DNA from: Promethearchaeota archaeon
Lineage (GTDB): Archaea; Asgardarchaeota; Lokiarchaeia; Sigyniarchaeales; SOKP01
DNA length: 64,000 bases
Reading direction: 5' to 3'
Assembly (NCBI GenBank): GCA_016839555.1
Contig: JAEOUA010000010.1
Location: 224,001-288,000 of the forward strand
This document shows positions 28,763-37,437 of this stretch, in pieces. A program made the position numbers and the translations under genes. Below the pieces are notes generated by a model, which saw only the letters and a program-made list of their open reading frames with translations, did no database searches and was not told where the DNA came from. Positions within the stretch are counted from its first letter, which is position 1. Each line of letters begins with the position of its first letter.

Positions 28763-29755
28763 ATGAAGAATCAATATAATGACTTAATACCCAGATTATT
28801 ACAAGGAGAGACCAGAGCTGCTGCCCGGCTAATTAGTTTAGCAGAAAATGATATTAAAGCTGCGGAATCCATCATAAAAGCTATTTATAAATACACTGGA
28901 AACGCATATATTCTAGGTATTACTGGAGCACCAGGGTCAGGAAAAAGCACCTTTATTTCCACTTTAATTGATAAATTAACAGGTAAAGAAAATAAAATAG
29001 GGATAATTTGTGTAGATCCTTCCAGTCCTTTAACTGGAGGTGCGTTATTGGGAGATCGAATTCGAATGAAGCAACATTTTTCCTCAGATAATGTTTTTAT
29101 AAGAAGCATGGCTAATCGAGGGCAATTAGGTGGGCTTTCTCGAGCAACTGAAGATGTTATTAAAATATTGGATGCGTATGGTTGCAATATAATTATCGTT
29201 GAGACTGTGGGAGTTGGTCAATCAGAAGTAGATATTTTTAAATCTGCTCATACTGTTTTAGTTTTATTAGTACCTGGGCTTGGTGATGATATCCAGACTA
29301 TCAAAGCTGGCATTATGGAAATTACAGATATCTTTGTAGTAAATAAGATGGATTTGCCGGGAGCAGACAAAAAAATTGCTGAAATTATTCAGATGTTGGA
29401 ATTGAACATGAATTATAAATATAATTCAGAGGATATAAATGAAAATTTTTCGAAAACTACACAATGGACTCCTGAAATCATAAAAACTAATTCTATTACT
29501 GGAGAAAATTTTAATAAATTATTAGATAAAATTGAGAAGCATAGAAAATTTTTAAACAATAACAATGTGCTTGAGAGCTATCTAAAAGGTCGGATTAAAA
29601 ATGAGACATTGCAGATATTAAAATATAAATTAACTAAAAAAATAGAAAATATATTTAAAGAAAATGAATCAATAGAAAAACTAGTTAATCAACTAATGGA
29701 AAAACAGATTAGTCCTTATGAAATGGCCAATTTGATAATTTTAAAATTCTTTTAA
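28763..29755 (+). CDS. meaB: Mutase-associated GTPase MeaB/ArgK
   Basis: GAPGSGKS, VDPSSP.TGGALLGDRIRM, ETVGVGQSE, NKMD; adjacent to mutase genes. Confidence 0.93.
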   Translation: MKNQYNDLIPRLLQGETRAAARLISLAENDIKAAESIIKAIYKYTGNAYILGITGAPGSGKSTFISTLIDKLTGKENKIGIICVDPSSPLTGGALLGDRIRMKQHFSSDNVFIRSMANRGQLGGLSRATEDVIKILDAYGCNIIIVETVGVGQSEVDIFKSAHTVLVLLVPGLGDDIQTIKAGIMEITDIFVVNKMDLPGADKKIAEIIQMLELNMNYKYNSEDINENFSKTTQWTPEIIKTNSITGENFNKLLDKIEKHRKFLNNNNVLESYLKGRIKNETLQILKYKLTKKIENIFKENESIEKLVNQLMEKQISPYEMANLIILKFF

Positions 29756-29903
29756 TGATCTTAAAAATAATAATATATAATTATCCAAATTAGGTAGATT
29801 TTAATCATTATAATTCATTTTTAACAATATCAATAAATTTTTAATTTGTAATAGATTAAAAAATTATAAATTAAAATATAGAATAATAAAAACTTAATAA
29901 AAA

Positions 29904-30497
29904 ATGAGCAATATCATATTCTTTTATTATTTCAATCAATATTTAACCCAAGAGTCATTTCCTAAGGAGGGTTATACAATTTTTATTATTCCTGATTTTG
30001 TTATATTAGGATTTCTTGTTGTTTTTACGTATCTTTATTTTAAGAAATTTAATAAGGGTGGGGAATATAAAAAAATATTAAATTTAATTTTAGCATATGT
30101 ATTTTTTGTCATTGCTTATATAATACAATCTATTGTAAATTTTTTCATTCTTTTTGATTTTACTCAAAATACAATTTATATATTTATTGAATATCAGTTT
30201 TTAGCGCTAGTAATTCTCGGTTGTATTCCGCTCGCGCTTTTTTATAATGATTTTGAATCAGACTCTATTGAACAATTTAATTTTATATTAATTATAGGAA
30301 TAATATTAATATTTTGGATGACCGTTTCGGCTTTTTTTGCACCTCAAGCTAAATGGATAATGTATATTGCATTCATTATTACGAGCTTTTTTAATAGCGC
30401 ACTTATTAATTACTACATAGAAGAGCCAGAAAAATATCAAGAAAAGATTTCGCCTCCTAAAAAAACTGATCTATCTGAACAAAAGACAGTTCCTTAA
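29904..30497 (+). CDS. Hypothetical integral membrane protein
   Basis: About five hydrophobic segments. Confidence 0.7.
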   Translation: MSNIIFFYYFNQYLTQESFPKEGYTIFIIPDFVILGFLVVFTYLYFKKFNKGGEYKKILNLILAYVFFVIAYIIQSIVNFFILFDFTQNTIYIFIEYQFLALVILGCIPLALFYNDFESDSIEQFNFILIIGIILIFWMTVSAFFAPQAKWIMYIAFIITSFFNSALINYYIEEPEKYQEKISPPKKTDLSEQKTVP

Positions 30498-30500
30498 AAA

Positions 30501-31277
30501 GTGCGAAAAACTAATCTTTTAGTAGTTGGTGGGGGAAAATTTGGGTTAAGAGCAATAAAATTTGCAAAAAAAAGAAGTTATAATACAATCCTAATCGATA
30601 AAAATCCCAATTGCCTTGCGGGTAATTTTATTGAAACAAAGTTTAGAGAATTTTATGCTCTGTTAGATTATTTTAATAAACATCAAAACAGAGAAATTGT
30701 TTTTTTTGAAAGCGATATATCCATTATTAATAAAATTTTATATGAAATTGAATTTTCCTGGATTATACCAGTTGTGCCAATCCATTTAATAGCTTTAATC
30801 GTTAAAAATTTTATGATATCAAATAATATTCAATTGCTTCTAGATAATATAACTAGTAAAGTTTACTCAGAAAAAATCAAACCTGATATATTATTAACCT
30901 CTCCCGTTCAAGAAGGAATCTTATATTTATCTTATGCTAAAGAAGATGAAGTATGTCCTGAAGATTGCCCAGGTCCACCAGACTATTGTCCCTCTTTCAA
31001 AAGAGAAAAGCCCATTACCATCACTGAATATTTGAAAAAAGTCTTTGATATTTCTGACAGTTTTAATTTACTGAAAAATAAGAAAAAATTAATTATTTTA
31101 TTGCATAGCTATCAGTTGATGCCCGGATTAGGAGGACTCAAAGGACAAGAGATTTATTCTATTTATAATCAACTCGAAAATAATCTCATTTTTTTAAAAA
31201 ACAATCAATTTAATTTAATCGTAGCAACTACCTGTAACTGCCATGGAGTTATTAATTTCTATAAATCTAGAAAATAA
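30501..31277 (+). CDS. Rossmann-fold protein with C-terminal Cys cluster, function unknown
   Basis: LVVGGGKFG...LIDKN; CPEDCPGPPDYCP; TTCNCHGV. Confidence 0.7.
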   Translation: MRKTNLLVVGGGKFGLRAIKFAKKRSYNTILIDKNPNCLAGNFIETKFREFYALLDYFNKHQNREIVFFESDISIINKILYEIEFSWIIPVVPIHLIALIVKNFMISNNIQLLLDNITSKVYSEKIKPDILLTSPVQEGILYLSYAKEDEVCPEDCPGPPDYCPSFKREKPITITEYLKKVFDISDSFNLLKNKKKLIILLHSYQLMPGLGGLKGQEIYSIYNQLENNLIFLKNNQFNLIVATTCNCHGVINFYKSRK

Positions 31278-31297
31278 AGACCATTAAAAAAACTAAA

Positions 31298-31552
31298 TTA
31301 TTTTTGTTTTCTGGGATCGATCCATTCAGAATATACTTCCGTTATTACCGAATTTCCAGATTTTTGGCATTCAAGACATTTTTCATCTTCTAGTTCCTTA
31401 AATGTAAAGTCTCCCTTTTTAAATTCACGTGTATATTTTTTTTGACAGTTTCTACATTTAATAACGCTATAAACCTTCTGAATAAATCGGTCTTTTCTAT
31501 CTAAGATGTCTCCTATCGCTGGAAGTGGTGGAAGCTCGGGCTCTTCACTCAA
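31298..31552 (-). CDS. Small archaeal zinc-ribbon protein
   Basis: CRNC...REFKKGDF...CLEC; GGGG SD-like run upstream. Confidence 0.75.
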   Translation of the reverse strand: MSEEPELPPLPAIGDILDRKDRFIQKVYSVIKCRNCQKKYTREFKKGDFTFKELEDEKCLECQKSGNSVITEVYSEWIDPRKQK

Positions 31553-31714
31553 AATTTATTCCCTACTATATTAATTACTTTTAATAGAATAAATGAAAAG
31601 AATTCTAATAATTTTTTGGTTAATTTTTTTTATACTTTAAATAAAAATATTTAATTTCCAAAATTAAAAACTCTATTATTTATTTCAAAGATTGAATTAT
31701 ATGGAATATTAAAT

Positions 31715-32602
31715 ATGTTTGAATTTAAAAAAGAACAGCAAATAGCGAGAATTGATAATATTAAAATTGGGGGCCCTTCAGGAGAAAATCCAACTGTACT
31801 CATTGGCAGCATTTTTCATAAGGGAGATCAAATAGTATCGGACGAAAAATTAGGAATTTTTAACAAAAAGGAAGCTGAAAGGTTAATTTTCAAACAAAAA
31901 GAACTCTCTGACAAATCTGGAAACCCCTGTCTATTAGATCTAGCTGGAATTTACGAAAAAGCATGTAAAAAATATATTAATTTTATCACAAGCATAAACG
32001 ATGATCCATTTTTATTAAATGCTCCTTCGGCAGAACTTAGAATGAATTTGATTAATTATACGAAAGATATTGGCTTAAATGAAAAAATAATTTACACATC
32101 TCTAAATTATACTTGTACAGAAGAGGAAATCAATACTATTAAAAATTGTAAAATTAAATCTGCACTTCTTCAAGCCTTTAATCCACGAGATCCTAGAATT
32201 TCTGGAATGATCAAGCTGTTGAGGGGATCTCTTAAACACGAAGGTCTCATAGAAAAAGCAAACAGGGCTGATTTAAAAAATTTATTGCTTTTTACCAACG
32301 TATTAGATTTACCCTCTATAGGTGTAGCTTCAAGTGGTATTTATCAAATAAAAGAAAGATTTGGTTTACCAACAGGAACTGCTCCCGTAGGAATAATAAG
32401 CAAATGGTGTTTAAATACTGATGAATTCAGAGGAAATTTTAAGTTAGCATGCGAAGCAACAGGAATAACCTTAGCACAAGCAATGGGAGCAGATTTTATC
32501 ATTTATGGAGCTCTCAAAAAAGCAGAATATATTTTTCCTGCTGCAAAAATTATCGATGAGATGATCGCTTATAACTCAAGAATTACTTTTTATAATGTTT
32601 AG
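31715..32602 (+). CDS. mtrH: Methyl-corrinoid:pterin methyltransferase, MtrH family (stand-alone)
   Basis: MFEFKKEQ...IGG..GENPTVLIGSIF, FGLPTG.AP, GADFIIYG. Confidence 0.87.
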   Translation: MFEFKKEQQIARIDNIKIGGPSGENPTVLIGSIFHKGDQIVSDEKLGIFNKKEAERLIFKQKELSDKSGNPCLLDLAGIYEKACKKYINFITSINDDPFLLNAPSAELRMNLINYTKDIGLNEKIIYTSLNYTCTEEEINTIKNCKIKSALLQAFNPRDPRISGMIKLLRGSLKHEGLIEKANRADLKNLLLFTNVLDLPSIGVASSGIYQIKERFGLPTGTAPVGIISKWCLNTDEFRGNFKLACEATGITLAQAMGADFIIYGALKKAEYIFPAAKIIDEMIAYNSRITFYNV

Positions 32603-32691
32603 TCTATAATAATAATGAAAATAATAAAAATATCAAATAATTTAGAGGAAAAATAAGGATATTATTTTCTAAATAATTAATTGATAAGAAA

Positions 32692-33606
32692 TCATTCCTT
32701 TTCCCAGATGTAAGTGTAGTAATTAAACATATCTGTATAACTTGGATTTTCAATTATTACTTCACATTGTGCGTTTTCTTCTTTTACTATCGATTTTATT
32801 CTTTCAATAGGTGAGTCTTCAGTAGAAATAAAGCCTATTGATTCTCCCCCTTTCTCAAACAATCTATTGCCTATAAGATAATCTGTTATTCTTCTATTTA
32901 TTTTTGCTGTAGTGGAGGTTAATCGTACTGTTTTTGGGACTTTTCCTAATAATCCTTTAGGGGTATCAATCGTAATTATATCGCTTCCCAATTCTGTACC
33001 TCGCATAAAAGCTATTCTATCAGCTATTTCGGCGTTAATTGGGTTATGAGTAGATAAGATTATCGTTTTACCTGCATCTTTCTCTTTTAATAGAAGATCG
33101 TGAAAAACACGAATCATTGATAGATCCAGACCCGTAGTTGGTTCGTCAAAAATTAAAATTGGGGTATCAATAGTTAATGCAATGATTAATTCTATTTTTC
33201 TTTTCATACCACCTGAATAATTTTTGACTAATTTTTTAAGTTCTTCTTTAATTTCAAACTTATTTACGAGATCTTTCCATTTATCAGTAGATCTTTCATG
33301 TAATCTTGTGAAAAATTGAATATTCTCTTCTCCATTCAGAAAATCTATTACCATAGATCCTTGTAATAAAAAACTAATTTGCTTTTTTACATCCATAGAT
33401 AATGGTGATTTTCCATTTATTAGAACTTCTCCTTCTGTTGGAATGATACCACCAGTAAGACAACAGAGTAAAATGGTCTTACCCACTCCATTAGGGCCCA
33501 TAAGAACCAATATTTCATTTTCATTTACATCTAAGTTGATATTCTCCAGTACCCTATCCTCTTCAAAGTCTTTCTTAATATTTTTTGCAGTGATTATTGC
33601 ATTCAA
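32692..33606 (-). CDS. ABC transporter ATP-binding protein
   Basis: GPNGVGKT, YSGGM, IFDEPTTGLD, STH. Confidence 0.93.
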   Translation of the reverse strand: MNAIITAKNIKKDFEEDRVLENINLDVNENEILVLMGPNGVGKTILLCCLTGGIIPTEGEVLINGKSPLSMDVKKQISFLLQGSMVIDFLNGEENIQFFTRLHERSTDKWKDLVNKFEIKEELKKLVKNYSGGMKRKIELIIALTIDTPILIFDEPTTGLDLSMIRVFHDLLLKEKDAGKTIILSTHNPINAEIADRIAFMRGTELGSDIITIDTPKGLLGKVPKTVRLTSTTAKINRRITDYLIGNRLFEKGGESIGFISTEDSPIERIKSIVKEENAQCEVIIENPSYTDMFNYYTYIWEKE

Positions 33607-33607
33607 T

Positions 33608-34450
33608 TTAATCCCTCGTTTTAGTGAATTTTTTTTGATATTGATATTTACGTATCAAAAGATAACCAACCAATAAAAACAGAATTCCATAAATTAATAA
33701 AATGATTAAAAACCAGGGATTTGCTGGCATATCAGGAGGGCTGACATTCGCATCTTCATATCTGAATCCTGAAAAATTAATTAGACATAAAGTAATTATT
33801 CTCGTAGCTAATGAATTAGGAATTATATTCAACATCCATTTAGGTCCCGGAAACATAGATGTTAAGGTTCCATTATATCCAGTAATAAAAAAGAGGAGCA
33901 TTAATATTACTAGCGAAAATCCTACGGCATAATTAGGATTATTGGTTAGATTTGCTATGATAAGCCCAATTCCCATACCTATAAAACTTAATAATAATAA
34001 TGATAAGAGTATAACGGGGATAGAAAACAATGGATGAATCATAATTCTTCCTCCGATAAAATAAGCGATAATAATTATAATTCCAAATGATAGGCAGCCA
34101 AATATAAACCCTGTAAAAAAGCGGCCAAGAAAATCTGCCAGAGGATTAATTGGATATGACCTATAAAGCCGATACCTTTTTAAATTAATATCTTCAGCAA
34201 AATCAATAGAGAATCCCACCAAAGTACTCGTTAATACGGCGAATATTCCCATGCTTACCGCAGTTATTCCTATAGCTACTCCGAAAGCTTCTCCACCAGG
34301 AGTATAGGGTGCTATAAATAAAAAGACTGATAAAAAAAACCAAAACAGTGGCCAGACAAACAACCAAAATAGTACCATTTTATTTCGAATAATTTCACGA
34401 AAAGATCTGATGACGAATGCCCAAACTTGTCTAAAAAATTGTTTATTCAT
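33608..34450 (-). CDS. ABC-2-type transporter permease
   Basis: Six hydrophobic segments; directly upstream of the ABC ATPase. Confidence 0.85.
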   Translation of the reverse strand: MNKQFFRQVWAFVIRSFREIIRNKMVLFWLFVWPLFWFFLSVFLFIAPYTPGGEAFGVAIGITAVSMGIFAVLTSTLVGFSIDFAEDINLKRYRLYRSYPINPLADFLGRFFTGFIFGCLSFGIIIIIAYFIGGRIMIHPLFSIPVILLSLLLLSFIGMGIGLIIANLTNNPNYAVGFSLVILMLLFFITGYNGTLTSMFPGPKWMLNIIPNSLATRIITLCLINFSGFRYEDANVSPPDMPANPWFLIILLIYGILFLLVGYLLIRKYQYQKKFTKTRD

Positions 34451-34615
34451 TTGATTTTTTTTTTTTTTATGATAGTTATTTATATATTTTTTTTAGAATA
34501 TAAAAACAATTTCTAATCCAATTTTTATTTTTACAATTTTTATTAAATGATATGATATTACACTTATAATAAATAATTTTGAAAATTAAACTAAAAGGAA
34601 AAATAAAATTTAGCG

Positions 34616-36298
34616 ATGAGCGAAAATATTAAATTTATCTATAAGGAGGAGTACTGGTTTATTAGTGCTTTTATTAATAGTATAAAAGTGGATATATCAG
34701 AAATTTCACAAAAGCTTGAAAATGCTATTAAAATGCGAATTTCTCAAATAACAAAAAAGGATGCTTATCGCCCAGAATTTGCCGATGAACTGCTTAATAT
34801 GGCGAAAAATATTTCACTTAATTGTCAATGGGTTGAATGCATTGATAATTTTCCCTATTATAACGAAAATACAAACAAATTTTACAATTCTTTAGGATAT
34901 TTTTATTTTGAAGTGGAGTATTATAAAAATAATCCTGAAAAGAAGAAACTCATTAAATCTAATTTAATTCAACAGATTCCTGGAATAATTTTATCTGAAT
35001 TGAAGAGAGAGAGTATCTTCTCACAGGAGGAAGTCTATTTTGATTTAGAAAGCCAAATTTTTATTTTTGCTACGTCTAATAATACAAACCCTCTTAAAAT
35101 CGAATGGACTAAAAATAAGATAGAGGAACATGATAAAGAACTTTCTTATTGGACGGTGTTATATTCAGGACAATGGGAAGATTATTCACCGAAGTTATAT
35201 AGAGATCGCGTTCAAGATAACTTATCTAATCGTCTTTCGGAATTGCATTTTATTAATAGAAACTCGGGATTTGTGTATATGGCAGAAGATAATTATGAAC
35301 GCTTTTTTGATTCGTATATGAAAGAAAATGTGCTACAGTCCACAGCCAAATTCAGAGCAATTATTTTTTCATTAAGAGAAATAAACAACTCCTTAGATTA
35401 TTTATTCTTGAATACCCATTCTGAAGCTTTACAAGATATTGGAATTTTAGAGGAAAAAATAAAAAATTTAAGATTTTTAAGAGGCGTTCTACAAAATACC
35501 TTAAGTTTAATCTATAATGAACTAGATTATAATAGAAGACAACATTACACTTCTGTACTAAAGCACCTAATTACAAAATTCGATTTGGATAATATAAAAG
35601 AGAGAGTAAACAATAAATTTAATTTAATTTACGATACTATGCAAGAGATTTATCAAAGACGTGCTGAACAAGATCAAGAAAAAACAGAGAAAGCATTAAA
35701 TATATTGAATTTTCTCTTAGGTGCAGGAATTATAGCTGATTTAGCGGGACTATTAATGACTACATTTGGATTAAGTGAAGGAGATTTTCCAGCAATATTT
35801 TTAAATGGTTTAATAGCGATTTTCATATCTTCTGTACTTGTATTTGCATTTATATATTACGCGTTAGTTAAATATAAGATTAAAAAAAAGAATATAAGAA
35901 GAGCTGTTGATGGTGTAATCCTTGATGGAAAGGGAAATATTCTATTAATTAAACGGAAATATCCTCCATTTAAGGATTTTTATGCCCTTCCAGGAGGATT
36001 TATAGAAAAAGGAGAGTCTCCAAAACAAGCAATAATGCGGGAAATAAAAGAAGAGACTAATTTGGAAGTAGAAATTGTTGAAAAAATTGGTGTTTATGAT
36101 AAACCTGGTAGAGATCCACGTGGTGAAATTCATTCCACAGCTTTTCTCTGTAAAATTATTGGTGATATCTCTAAATTAAAAGCAAGTATGGATTCAAAGG
36201 ACGCAAGTTTCACCCCCATAATGGAATTAAATCATATAAAATTTGCCTTTGATCATAAACAAATACTAAGAGATGCAGAACTTATCAAACAAGATTAG
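34616..36298 (+). CDS. Membrane protein with CorA/DUF155-like helical region, 2 TM helices and C-terminal NUDIX hydrolase
   Basis: Nudix box GGFIEKGESPKQAIMREIKEETNL, RDPRG, AFDH (ADP-ribose pyrophosphatase-like); long stalk helix into two TMs before it. Confidence 0.8.
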   Translation: MSENIKFIYKEEYWFISAFINSIKVDISEISQKLENAIKMRISQITKKDAYRPEFADELLNMAKNISLNCQWVECIDNFPYYNENTNKFYNSLGYFYFEVEYYKNNPEKKKLIKSNLIQQIPGIILSELKRESIFSQEEVYFDLESQIFIFATSNNTNPLKIEWTKNKIEEHDKELSYWTVLYSGQWEDYSPKLYRDRVQDNLSNRLSELHFINRNSGFVYMAEDNYERFFDSYMKENVLQSTAKFRAIIFSLREINNSLDYLFLNTHSEALQDIGILEEKIKNLRFLRGVLQNTLSLIYNELDYNRRQHYTSVLKHLITKFDLDNIKERVNNKFNLIYDTMQEIYQRRAEQDQEKTEKALNILNFLLGAGIIADLAGLLMTTFGLSEGDFPAIFLNGLIAIFISSVLVFAFIYYALVKYKIKKKNIRRAVDGVILDGKGNILLIKRKYPPFKDFYALPGGFIEKGESPKQAIMREIKEETNLEVEIVEKIGVYDKPGRDPRGEIHSTAFLCKIIGDISKLKASMDSKDASFTPIMELNHIKFAFDHKQILRDAELIKQD

Positions 36299-36478
36299 AA
36301 TTCGTGAACAAGAAGTAATAATAAAATATGACAAAGATTTTATTTAATTATGAGGGAACGCCTAGATTTTTTATAAACTAGATTCCGTTTTTTTTTCTTT
36401 ACCTTCACTTTTATCTGTGTCTTCTATATCGCGTTTTATTTTTTCTTTTTCCTCTTTTTCATTTCTTTCTTGTTTCTC

Positions 36479-37174
36479 TTATGTGTTTTTTTCTTCTTTT
36501 TTCTCTTCTTTCTCGGGTGGTTTAGGTGGGGGTTTAGGTTTTCGGGAAATGATTACCTTTGCATATCTAAGGATATCATCTTTAAATTTCCACCCTTCTT
36601 GAAGTATGTCAATAATAGTATTATTGGGAAGATCATCTCTTTCTAGAGAACTTAGTGCTTCATGTTTATCATAATCAAAATTATCTCCTTCCTTAGTTTC
36701 TAATGGTTGAGCGCCATAAGACTTTAATATATTCATAAATTGCTTATAGAATCCTGTTAATGGATTATTATCATCCAAATCTTTATTAGCACTTCTAAAA
36801 GAATCATATAAAGGTAAAAAATTTCTTAACACGTTAGCTGTATATTGGGTCATTAGTGATTTGCGAGCTTTATCCCATCGCTTCTGCGAGTTTTCGAATT
36901 CTGCCTGAAGGCGCATATATTTATCCTGCCATTCCTCATTTTTGTCTTTTAATTCCTGATTTTCTTTCTCTAAGTTAGATAAGTTTTCTTTGATTTTGAT
37001 AATTTTGTTTATCAACTCCTCTTTAGATAATTCTTTCAGTTCTAATCTGTATTTCTCCTCTTCATCAAGTTCTTTTTCTTTTTCAATTTCGATCTCATTT
37101 TCTTGCCTTTCTTTTTCCTCTGTTTGCTCGCCTATTTCAACCGAATTTTTACTTGCTTCTTCTTTATTATTCAT
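36479..37174 (-). CDS. grpE: Nucleotide exchange factor GrpE
   Basis: RLQAEFEN, FDYDKHEAL, QEGW..KD.ILR.AKV. Confidence 0.93.
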   Translation of the reverse strand: MNNKEEASKNSVEIGEQTEEKERQENEIEIEKEKELDEEEKYRLELKELSKEELINKIIKIKENLSNLEKENQELKDKNEEWQDKYMRLQAEFENSQKRWDKARKSLMTQYTANVLRNFLPLYDSFRSANKDLDDNNPLTGFYKQFMNILKSYGAQPLETKEGDNFDYDKHEALSSLERDDLPNNTIIDILQEGWKFKDDILRYAKVIISRKPKPPPKPPEKEEKKEEKNT

Positions 37175-37235
37175 TCCTCAATCTTATGATAATAAATCTT
37201 TTAAGTAAATTATAGAAAAATTTCTTTAAAGTTTT

Positions 37236-37319
37236 TTGATTTAGAGAGCATTTTAAATATGATCGTAATGCGTGTTATTTTTTAAATATCTTTTAATATA
37301 TCTTGATTTAGAGATCATT
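37236..37319. promoter_or_regulatory. Two 17-bp direct repeats in the divergent grpE-dnaK promoter region (candidate operator)
   Basis: TTGATTTAGAGAGCATT (37236-37252) and TTGATTTAGAGATCATT (37303-37319), 16/17 identical. Confidence 0.55.
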
Positions 37320-37437
37320 ATAAGCAAAAAATTTTAAAATTTCGTTTCTTTTAGTTTATTAAGCAAATTAATTAAATCATTATTTTATTAATCATAATTT
37401 GAATTAAGCTATTATTTTTAAAAAGTGAAAATTAACT

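Noticed and set aside
31715-32602. Evidence of methanogenesis from mtrH and hdrA
   Set aside because: No mcr genes or other mtr subunits in the window; both genes are common in non-methanogens
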